Source of the DNA: Octopus vulgaris
Taxonomy: Eukaryota
Reading direction: 5' to 3'
DNA: 64,000 bases
NCBI GenBank assembly: GCA_951406725.2
Contig: OX597817.1
Span: forward strand, 29,202,001 to 29,266,000
Both the position numbers and the translations under genes were made by a program. Under the pieces are notes generated by a model, which saw only the letters and a program-made list of their open reading frames with translations, was not told the DNA's origin and ran no database searches. How positions within the stretch are numbered: position 1 is the first letter of the stretch; every line of letters begins with the position of its first letter. This document shows, piece after piece, positions 53,901 through 64,000 of the stretch.

Positions 53901-54361
53901 GTGTGAGTGTGTAAATGCATGTATTCTTGCACTCACATGTGCATGTGTGTGTTTGTGTGTGCTTGTGTTTGTGTGTGTGTGTTTGTGTGAGTGCTTGTGT
54001 TTGTGTGTGTGTGTGTTTGTGTGAGTGCTTGTGTTTGTGTGTGTGTGTGTTTGTGTGAGTGCTTGTGTTTGTGTGTGTGTGTGTTTGTGTGAGTGCTTGT
54101 GTTTGTGTGTGTGTGTTTGTGTGAGTGCTTGTGTTTGTGTGTGTGTGTGTTTGTGTGAGTGCTTGTGTTTGTGTGTGTGTGTGTTTGTGTGAGTGCTTGT
54201 GTGTGTGTGTGTGTGTGTTTGTGTGAGTGCTTGTGTTTGTGTGTGTGTGTTTGTGTGAGTGCTTGTGTTTGTGTGTGTGTGTTTGTGTGAGTGCTTGTGT
54301 TTGTGTGTGTGTGTTTGTGTGAGTGCTTGTGTTTGTGTGTGTGTGTGTTTGTGTGAGTGCT

Positions 54362-54415
<54 letters not shown>

Positions 54416-55500
54416 TGTGAGTGCTTGTGTTTGTGTGTGTGTGTTTGTGTGAGTGCTTGTGTTTGTGTGTGTGTGTTTGTGTGAGTGCTTGTGTTTGTGT
54501 GAGTGCTTGTGTTTGTGTGAGTGCTTGTGTTTGTGTGTGTGTGTGTTTGTGTGAGTGCTTGTGTTTGTGTGTGTGTGTGTTTGTGTGAGTGCTTGTGTTT
54601 GTGTGTGTGTGTGTTTGTGTGAGTGTGTGTGTGTGTTTGTGTGAGTGCTTGTGTTTGTGTGAGTGTTGTGTTTGTGTGAGTGCTTGTGTTTGTGTGTGTG
54701 TGTGTTTGTGTGAGTGCTTGTGTTTGTGTGTGTGTGTTTGTGTGAGTGCTTGTGTTTGTGTGTGTGTGTGTTTGTGTGAGTGCTTGTGTTTGTGTGTGTG
54801 TGTGTTTGTGTGAGTGCTTGTGTTTGTGTGTGTGTGTGTTTGTGTGAGTGCTTGTGTTTGTGTGTGTGTGTTTGTGTGAGTGCTTGTGTTTGTGTGTGTG
54901 TGTTTGTGTGAGTGCTTGTGTTTGTGTGTGTGTGTTTGTGTGAGTGCTTGTGTTTGTGTGTGTGTGTTTGTGTGAGTGCTTGTGTTTGTGTGTGTGTGTT
55001 TGTGTGAGTGTGTTGTGTTTGTGTGTGTGTGTTTGTGTGAGTGCTTGTGTTTGTGTGTGTGTGTTTGTGTGAGTGCTTGTGTTTGTGTGTGTGTGTTTGT
55101 GTGAGTGTGTGTGTTTGTGTGAGTGCTTGTGTTTGTGTGTGTGTGTTTGTGTGAGTGCTTGTGTTTGTGTGTGTGTGTTTGTGTGAGTGCTTGTGTTTGT
55201 GTGTGTGTGTTTGTGTGAGTGCTTGTGTTTGTGTGTGTGTGTTTGTGTGAGTGCTTGTGTTTGTGTGTGTGTGTTTGTGTGAGTGCTTGTGTTTGTGTGT
55301 GTGTGTTTGTGTGAGTGCTTGTGTTTGTGTGTGTGTGTTTGTGTGAGCGCTTGTGTTTGTGTGTGTGTGTTTGTGTGTGTGCTTGTGTTTGTGTGAGTGC
55401 TTGTGTTTGTGTGAGTGTGTAAATGCATGTATTCTTGCGCTCATATTTGCATGTGTGTGTTTGTGTGAGTGCTTGTGTGTGTGTGTGTGTGTGTGTGTGT
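53901..55500. repeat. Minisatellite, unit GTGAGTGCTTGTGTTT(GT)nTTGT (mostly 32-34 bp)
   Basis: Direct reading of the periodicity; ~55-bp direct repeats at 53901 and 55409. Confidence 0.95.
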
Positions 55501-55993
55501 GCACACGGATTTATAAGATTCAAGTATTTAACTATTTTATCCATTCATTATTTAATTCTTCTCACATTATTTCATGTTTAGGTAATGAGCTATGCTGGAA
55601 TCTCTTGTAGTTAAGTTCATTGAAGGATTGTAATTTAATCTCATTCTCATAAGGAGTATGTATTGCATTTCCTCTGGTCATTAACAGTAAATCAACGAGT
55701 TAGTTGGCTATTTAAATTCAACCATTTCTTGAAAATATGTTACAATTTTCAAATTCAATTTAGGTACTGAAGGCACTAATCTTGATTAGAATGTAATTAT
55801 TATCATCGTTACTGACATAACATTTCTTTGAGACAGTTTTCGCATTAGCATACTTCCCATTCTTCATAGATTGTATCATTTCAACTTGAATAACTAAATT
55901 CATAATATATCCTCTAATTATCCTTTGTGTGTCTTCATCTAACTACTTTAATCTCCTGTGACTTGTACATGAACATCATATAACACACATATA

Positions 55994-56036
<43 letters not shown>

Positions 56037-56039
56037 TCA

Positions 56040-56243
56040 ATATGTGACAGCGTGTGTGTCGTTGGCGATTTTCTTTCTCCGTCTTCCCTTCCTTGGACTT
56101 TTCTCTTTTTCTATATTTCTGATGAAGAGCTCTGCTCAAAACGTTAAATCCTCCTTCTTTATTTCCTTTCCTGAGTGTTCAATAACACTATACTTGTTCC
56201 ACATCCTCGCATTGTTGTGTTTTCTCTTTGTTCATGTTTGGAT

Positions 56244-56250
<7 letters not shown>
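56040..56250 (+). mobile_element. Penelope-like pLTR fragment with minimal hammerhead motif (56115-56149)
   Basis: attt-CTGATGA-a-gagc-tct-gctc-AAAACGTT-aaat; flanked by (TA)n. Confidence 0.55.
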
Positions 56251-56285
<35 letters not shown>

Positions 56286-56451
56286 AGTTCAGGATTTAAG
56301 TGAATCAGGTACTTAAATGATAAAGCATCAGACCGGGTCAAACAAAGAGAATCATGTATATCACAATTCTTTTGACTATCACTAGTAAAGAAATCATAAA
56401 GTAGCACAAATTGGTGACTTTTAGAATGTCTTAAATGTGTAATCTATATAT

Positions 56452-56540
56452 ATTCACCCAATGAAAATGTCGTTTTTTGCATGATGTAATATCTCTATTC
56501 ATCAATAAAAAATAACTCATTGGAAACAGCTGTAGTGAAT
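56452..56540 (+). ncRNA. Degenerate hammerhead motif
   Basis: attcac-ccaatga-aaatg...cattg-GAAACAGCTGTA-gtgaat; perfect 6-bp stem I. Confidence 0.55.
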
Positions 56541-56564
56541 GAACCATTATCCATCTTTTGTTTT

Positions 56565-56608
<44 letters not shown>

Positions 56609-56727
56609 TGATAACATGAACTTTTGGTTGGAAATTCATAAATCTATTAGTGCATTGCTACATGCGTTTCCACAAACTCCATGCTTTAGTTGAGCATGAA
56701 TACACTCAAAAGACATTTCACATAAAC

Positions 56728-57036
56728 TGGCTTAGTGGTTAGGGCATTCAGCTCACGATTGTAAGGGCATGAGTTCAATTTCTGGTGACGTGTTGTGTCC
56801 TTGAGCAAGACACTTTATTTCCCGTAGCTCCAGTCCACTCAGCTGGCAAAAATGAGTTGCACCTGTATTTCAAAGGGCCAGCCTTGTCACACTCTGTGTC
56901 ACACTGAATCTCCCTGAGAACTACGTTAAGGGTACACTTATCTGTGGATTGCTCAGCCACTTGCACATTAATTTCATGAGCAAGCCGTTCTGTTGATCGA
57001 TTCAGCTGGGACCCTTGTTGTCATAACCGACGGAGT
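56728..57036 (+). mobile_element. tRNA-derived SINE (head 2 + tail X)
   Basis: Head as at 236 (gtgtccttgagcaagacacttt) joined to the tail seen at 2895-3078. Confidence 0.8.
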
Positions 57037-57037
57037 G

Positions 57038-57092
<55 letters not shown>

Positions 57093-57093
<1 letters not shown>

Positions 57094-57460
57094 CTTACCA
57101 ACCACATGGTTCTGGGTCCAGTCCCACAGCATGGCACCTTGGGCGAGTGTCTTCTACTATAGCCTCGGGCTGACCAAAGCCTTGTGAGTGGATTTGGTAG
57201 ACGGAAACTGAAAGAAGCCCGTCGTATATATGTATATATATATATGTGTGTGTTTATGTGTTTGTGCCCCCAACATTGCTTGATAACCGATGGTGGTGTG
57301 TTTACATCCCTGTAACTTAGCAGTTCGGCAAAAGAGACCGATAGAATAAGTACTAGGCTGACAGAGAATAAGTCCTGGGGTTGATTTTCTCAACTAAAGG
57401 TGGTGCTCCAGCATGGCCACAGTGAAATGACTGAAACAAGTAAAAGTGTAAAAGAGAGTA
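57093..57460 (+). mobile_element. Family A SINE, 5'-truncated
   Basis: Consensus body and tail. Confidence 0.88.
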
Positions 57461-57889
57461 TAACAATCAATTTCATAATGCCTACACGCATTTCAATATC
57501 TACCTTCATTCATATTTTACAATTAAAAATTGCATTATGAATTTAGAAGGTAAAAATCTCTTCAATGCAAAAATTGACATATTCATTTACTTTCTAATAG
57601 GTGTAGTGTTCACTACTGATTGAATTGCAGCGTGTGTATTTGTGTGTGTGTGTGTGTGTGTGTATCAGCATGTGTGTTTTTGGATTCTATTCAATTATAT
57701 CCCAATGCTTCATGCTCTTACTTGATGAGGCTGAAGTCATCCCCTTTAGTGGTCCCAGGAGTGTTATTGTGCATAGAGCTGACCAGGTTCACAAGTGCTC
57801 ACCATCACTGGGAGTCTCATGCCAGTCCTTTTATATCCTTCAAGATGACATCGTGTATGTGTGAGTTAATGTATGAGTGTTTTTGTTCC

Positions 57890-58181
57890 TTCGCAAGCCA
57901 TACCTGGCTCATAGGTGCTAGTTTCCCAGTTTCCTTGGCATATACGTTCCCCACCTGGATGGGACGCCAGTCCATCGCAGGTGAGCTGCAAGATGCAGGA
58001 GGAAAGAGGGAGAGAAAGTTGTGGCAAAAGAGTCAGCAGAAGTTTGCCATTACCTTCTGCCGGAGCCGTGTGGAGCTTAGGTGTTTCACTCATAAACACA
58101 TACATCGCTCAGTCTGAGTTTTGAACCCACGATCCCTCAACCGCGAGTCCACTGCTCTAACCACTAGGCGATGCGCCTCCA
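57890..58181 (-). mobile_element. tRNA-derived SINE (head 1 variant + tail Y)
   Basis: Minus strand ggaggcgcatcgcctagtggttagagcagtggactcgcgg; gatggactggcgtcccatccag module. Confidence 0.8.
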
Positions 58182-58735
58182 CAATGTATGAGCATCTTTA
58201 ACCCTGTCTATGTACATGCTTATGTCAACAGCAGATGTTTAAACTGTGTCCTGTTTTTGTCTTGTAATTCAGTAGGAAATCAAAAGAGACCAATAATATA
58301 CAAACCAGATTGAAAGGATTACTAGGGAATGAGATTTGTATGATTACCTAAAACCCTATCTAAATCCATTAAAGTATGGATAAAGTCTAATGACCATAGA
58401 AAAGATAATTCTCTATTGAATACCTACAATATAAGAAAAGAGACTGTAGTGATTATTTTCATTGTTGCTGATAATTATGACGTTGTAAGACCAATCATTG
58501 TTCTTATGTTCAATGAAAGTGTTGGATTAGAATTTTGTACTTGATGGAAAAGTTAGTAATCTGAATCAGCCACTGGTTGAATATTCCTTTACGTTCAGCA
58601 ATAATTTGCAGTGTATCTTTGCCTGGAAGTATTGCTCAAGTGTACTGATTAAATATTGGAATTATTTGTAGGAGAGAAATGAAAATACATAAGAAACTAA
58701 ACTATCATGAGAGTTTGTATTTCAAGAGCAGTTTT

Positions 58736-58768
<33 letters not shown>

Positions 58769-59135
58769 ACACTTTAAATTTATTGACTGTGTATGGGAAA
58801 CTAATACAAATTGCATGTTTCTTTGACAAGAAATTCAACAAACTACACAAGAACAATTATTCTGAAATTTTGTAATCTTTTGTAGTTTTTTTCTTTCTTT
58901 ATTTCATCAGTCAATACTAAGAAGGGATATGAATTGCACATGTCAATTACAGAAATGTTAAATTAACAATAATCTCAGATATAAGCTAAAGAAAAGGAAC
59001 TTCATTATTATTTTGCAGTTCTTTCAGATGATATGGGAGAGAATAAATACATCAGACATCATAGAATAAATACCTTAGTTATATTGTTGTACCTCGAGAG
59101 GAGGGTCATTTTACTATGTTAGCTTTACTATTAAA

Positions 59136-59524
59136 TCTCTCTATATATAAAGCTGAAGTTGTTTGTGTATTGCAGGTTTGGTAGCCTTCAACTAATACTC
59201 TCTCCTCCGAGACCTTGCAGTGCAAGTTGACCAAAATTGAAAGCATGATAGAAGAAGGCTTGCTCATAATTCCGTAGAAGAAAAAATTCAAATCAGACCG
59301 TGTTAACACCAAAAATTATTTACAGCAAAAAGGTGCTCTTTTCCTATGAAAATCCCTATTTTTTATGATTTTTTTACTGCTGTGTCACCATTTTTCGATG
59401 TATTTCAACCAGAAAGATGTTCACTTAAAGAGAATAAGCTACATAATGCAAAATTTTTACTTTCCAAAAATTCCAATTCTAAAGGCTTGAAACAAACCCA
59501 AGCAACGCCGAGAGATACTGCTAG
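59136..59524 (+). mobile_element. Non-autonomous Helitron
   Basis: a|TCTCTCTATATATAAA...gcaacgccgagagatactgCTAG|t; same 3' end type as 48837. Confidence 0.85.
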
Positions 59525-59907
59525 TGATTTAATAGAATATAATGCTCTGAGAAGTAAAGATTTTGAGAAGGAGGGATAAACTTCACTATCTTAAAGTGTA
59601 TACATCTAGCCAATGTTGAAAAAGGGACTACAGAGGAGAAAAAGATGGGTACCTATAAATTTAAAAGATATTGATAGACAGAATTCTTAAGGGATTGAAT
59701 TTCATAGACCAGAGGGAATCAAGACAATGGTAGTTAGTTCTAGAAAGTAGCAGGGCAGGAAGAGAAGCTATTAGAATATAAAGACATATGACTAACAGGA
59801 ATCTCAACAGTGTAATGTTGCACCTGTGAAGAGAGGTGAGTGATACAGTTAAAGGTTTTGAGAAGGGTTACTGGACCATAAAGTTCACCAGAGCAATGAC
59901 CATGGAA

Positions 59908-60270
59908 ATCATCATCATCATTTAACATCCGCTTTCCATGCTAGCATGGGTTGGACAATTTGACTGAGGACTGGCGAACCAGATGGCTGTGCCAGGTTCC
60001 AATCTGATCTGGCAGAGTTTCTACAGCTGGATGCCCTTCCTAACGCCAACCACTCCGAGAGTGTAGTGGGTGCTTTTTACGTACCACTAGCACGAGGGCC
60101 AGTCTGGCAGTACTGGCAACGGCCATGCTTGAAATGGTGTTTTTTTTTATGTGCCACCTGCACAGGAGTGTCTCCAGCGGCACTGGCAATGACCTTGCTC
60201 GAATGTTTTGTTCTCGTGCCACCAGCACAAGTACCAGTAAGGCAACGCTGGTAATGCTCAAATGGTGCTT
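59908..60270 (-). mobile_element. Family D element
   Basis: (CAT)n, core and subrepeats. Confidence 0.85.
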
Positions 60271-60587
60271 TTATATAAAAGACTCAATGAAAACCATATC
60301 TCTTATCAGTTGGTTTGAAAAACATCTATAGTATAGAAACTTGGTGTATCAGTGAGGACTTGTGAAGTAATAATCTAAATGGATCTTTGACAGTCTTGAT
60401 GATAAGAACTCAGTTGTGTCATTCTACTAAATGCTCAAATGTTCACCAAACAAAAGTATATTTCATGTGATTTTCTGAAGGAATCATCACAACACACTAT
60501 GATGAGGCTGAACGTTTAAATTACAAGTATAATTCATGTGACATACTTCTATGTGAGGCTTGAGTCGTGGTTATGAAGCAAACTTAT

Positions 60588-60858
60588 AATAATAACAATA
60601 ATGAAATTATTGTATAGTGCTCAGGTGTACCACAATTTGTCGAAACTGCATACAAAGCATATGCATTAATGTACAAATGTCTGGGAAGTGAACGGTGTAT
60701 GAGTCAGATACATGCTTGCGTGTGTATGTAGGGAAGAAAATCAGGTATAGTGTTGGCGAATCTCAGGAAGCATGGAAGTTTTGAAGGACGCAGTGCTCCG
60801 ACAACTAACAACTGATGCTGGCAGTTTGTTCCATGCTCCAGCAACTCTTAGCGTGAAA
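60588..60858 (-). mobile_element. CR1-type LINE 3' end
   Basis: FTLRVAGAWNKLPASVVSCRSTASFK, then 3' UTR and (ATT)n tail. Confidence 0.75.
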
Positions 60859-60958
60859 TAACTTCTTACTATTTAGTCATGTTGCATACATTTAATTTAA
60901 CCAATAAATGTGCAGACACACACACACAAATAGCTCAGTACTGGTGCTAATGAAATAT

Positions 60959-61291
60959 TCAGATACATGATTCAAAAGGTGGACAATGAGTCCTGTTTCC
61001 TATTCCGCAGAAATTTGAAAATCTTGATACATATTTGCAATAACCAGATAAATTAAAGCAATCTAGTGTATAGTATTCTGTTCTGAAAAACAATGAAATA
61101 ATGTCAGTAGAATATTCAAAGTCATGATTCTTTGAGTTCAATATTTTATCCAGTTCACCGTTTGACCTCTATTATTTCTCTTATTTTGGCTACAGTTAAA
61201 TATACTGTGGAATTATGCAGTTCAACAGACGTTGATCTTATCAAGCTACCACTATATAAATCAGTCAGGAAAGGAAAGAAGATGATATTTT
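60959..61291 (-). CDS. Candidate two-exon fragment (61291-61159, 61082-60959) of an unidentified gene or pseudogene
   Basis: Phase-compatible 76-nt GT-AG intron; NIIFFPFLTDLYSGSLIRSTSVELHNSTVYLTVAKIREIIEVKR/TEYYTLDCFNLSGYCKYVSRFSNFCGIGNRTHCPPFESCI*. Confidence 0.3.
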
Positions 61292-61544
61292 CTGAAATGA
61301 GCTTTTTTTTTCTTTTTTAATGTTCAGAGAAATTTACTTGTTTTCCTGAAACATTAGTTATTAGTTAAACATTATCTCAGGTTAAATACTTGTTTGAAAT
61401 CATAATAGCATAGGGGTTTTTTTTTAAGATTATGTAAAAGCAATTCAAAGCCATTGTTTTTTTTTTAAATTGGCATGGATCTGAAGATTTTTATGGAAGA
61501 ATAAATGAGAATTTGTGATGTTCAAGGATTTCACAATATATATT

Positions 61545-61957
61545 TATTTCTTTATTGCCCACAAGGGGCTAAACATAGAGGGGACAAACAAGGACAGGCA
61601 GAGGGATTAAGTCGATGACATCGACCCCAGTGCGTAACTGGTACTTTATTTATCGACCCCGAAAGGATGAAAGGCAAAGTCGACCTTGGTGGAATTTGAA
61701 CTCAGAATGTCGCGCAGACGAAATACCTATTTCTTTACTACTCACAAGGGGCTAAACACAGAAAGGACAAACAAGGACAGACAAACAGATTAAGTCAATT
61801 ATATCGACCCTAGTGCATAACTGGTACTTATTTAATCGACCCCGAAAGGATGAAAGGCAATGTCGACCTTGGAGGAATTTGAACTCAGAACGTAACGGCA
61901 GACGAAATACCGCTAAGCATTTTGCTCGGCACGCTAACATTTCTGCCAGCTCGCCGC
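61545..61957 (-). mobile_element. Family B SINE dimer
   Basis: 17-bp TSD atttcacaatatatatt; internal junction cgaaatacc|tatttcttt. Confidence 0.9.
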
Positions 61958-63219
61958 ATTTCACAATATATATTAATAGCATAAGGTAACAGAAACTTCT
62001 GGTTAAGAACTGAAACTGGATGAACAATGTAGTTCACAAAGAACTGGTCTCCACACCAAATATGATAATGATGTGCCATATTTTTTCTAAACAAATGAGG
62101 ACATATGAAACTTTTAGTTCACCATATTAGCAAATTGTTCATTAAACTGCTAGTTGAATAGTTCTATAGTTATTGATCAATCTTGTAGGGTGTGTATACT
62201 TTTTTCTTTTCTCTTTCCATTACTCAATCAAATTGAAATACCACCTATGTAGACAAATCCTGCAGATAAGTTAATTGATGTTCCTAACTCGGAAACATAT
62301 CCTGAATTGATCAATCAATCGACCAGGGGCCAACGTATCAATATCGGAGACAAGATGATGGTTATTAACGTGCATTGTTCTTTGCTAAGCATAAACAGCA
62401 GACTGAAATTTTAGGGAAAATAGTCTGTAAACAAAGTTATGCATCATTGCAGAATTGCAAAGAAAATATGTGAAGTGGATAGAATACAATATTTTTAGTA
62501 CTCAACCATATTATCAAAATCAAAACAAAGAGAAGCAATATTAATAATACAATTGAGATTTTCATTTATTGGTATATTTACACGTAATTTGTGCTTTGAG
62601 ACATATTAAGCTATTTCTAAAATTCTATATATAACTCAAACAATATAGCTGAGTGAAGATCTAACAATGAAAGAAATTAAATATAAAGTTAATTAATAAC
62701 ATTTAGTCATTTATATTGGCATCTATAAAGAACACAGGTAAACTCCTGGTGAGTAGAATTACTGACAGTTTGATTTGCTGTTGTAGCTATACTTTTTCTG
62801 TTTATGTTGCAAAGCCCCTCAGTGAGAAACCTGACCATTACACAGTTCCATTTCCTTATAAATATGTAACCTTCTGCATCTATATACAATAAATATCTAT
62901 TCGGTGAATACTAGATTAAAACTGAAGTTACATTTGGTAATATAAAAGTAGTATTAGTATCATAAATCACAGCCTCTCTCTATGGTATATTCTTTTTACT
63001 GGTTTCAGATATTCAAAAGTTTAGTTGAAAACATCAACCACTGTATTTATTTCAGTTTGATACTTACTTTAACAATCTATATTTATTGAATTGCTAAGTA
63101 AGGCTCTTATTCTCATGGCTCTGGTCAAACTTTTTAAAACAATGTTGTTTTATTTTACATAATGCAGACATAGGTACACATATTCAGATACATACATGTA
63201 TGTGCATATTCATGCATGC

Positions 63220-63497
63220 ATACCTACCTACCTGCCTGCCTATCTACCTACCTACCTACCTTCTTTCCTTCCTACCTATCTACTTACCCACCTACCTTCC
63301 TACCTACATACCTACCTCGATACGTACCTACCTATCAACCTATCTACCTACCTACTTACCTATCTACAAACCTAGATAGATAGATAGATAGGTAGGTAAA
63401 TAGATAGATAGGTAGATAGATAGATAGATAGATAGATAGGTAGGTAGATAGAACGAAAGGTAGATAGAACGATAGATAGATAGACAGACAGACAGAC
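63220..63497. repeat. Opposed (CTAC/CTAT)n and (GATA/GGTA)n tetranucleotide tracts
   Basis: Direct reading. Confidence 0.85.
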
Positions 63498-63528
63498 ATA
63501 TATAAATGCATAGACATGCATACAAATA

Positions 63529-63920
63529 CAGGGTGTGGGGAATAAACTGTCATCTATATTAAGGGAAAATGAAAACAAATAATGATATCTCATAATAACA
63601 GATATATTTACCAAAATTACAAAACAAATATCTTATTGCCTTCAACCATGGCCTCCATATGACTTCAGAATCTCCTGCAACTCTTCTGGAGGGTCTCCTT
63701 GTTTAAGGTGGTGAATGCTGCCATAATCCTTGTCTTCAGTCCATCTTTGGTGTTACAAGGAGTTTTATTGGTCTCGTGCTCAACTGCACTTCACACATAA
63801 TAATCAAGAGGGTTGCAGTCTGGGGGTGTTAGGGGTGATGTGGTTGCAGAAATTGTCAACCAGCCATCAGTGGTTTCTCCTGCTTGTGTGGCATGGTGCA
63901 GAGTCCTGTTGCCAGACAAA
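63529..63920 (-). mobile_element. maT/DD37D-type Tc1/mariner 3' half
   Basis: FVWQQDSAPCHTSR, PDCNPLDYYV, LKTRIMAAF..CRRF; TIR ta-cagggtg. Confidence 0.85.
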
Positions 63921-64000
63921 ACCTGACCATTACACAGTTCCATTTCCTTATAAATATGTAACCTTCTGCATCTATATACAATAAATATCTATTTGGTGAA

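Noticed and set aside
53847-55544. 519-565 aa His/Thr-rich ORFs
   Set aside because: Translations of the (GT)-rich minisatellite, open in all three minus frames because the unit has no stop codon

Overview
AT-rich, repeat-dense eukaryotic DNA. The SINE set, (TA)n/(CA)n/(GATA)n microsatellites and RTE/Penelope content resemble a coleoid cephalopod, probably Octopus; this is inferred from recalled repeat families, not a database hit. No intact protein-coding gene is visible, and almost all six-frame ORFs are microsatellite or SINE artefacts. The window holds dozens of tRNA-derived SINEs, RTE and CR1-type LINE remnants, Tc1/mariner, hAT, piggyBac-like and Helitron non-autonomous elements, a decayed Penelope-like GIY-YIG endonuclease and a 1.6-kb 32-bp minisatellite. 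The most interesting signal is a dispersed set of about 8-10 type I hammerhead-ribozyme motifs. One has a fully canonical core (29230-29296) and two sit in opposite orientation inside a 277-bp inverted repeat (39104-39380); most lie in Penelope-like pLTR fragments beside (TA)n tracts. There are also chains of phase-compatible exon-like segments (some with single nonsense codons), large foldback palindromes, modular SINE chimeras and local duplications. All coordinates and pairings were read by eye and repeat boundaries are approximate.
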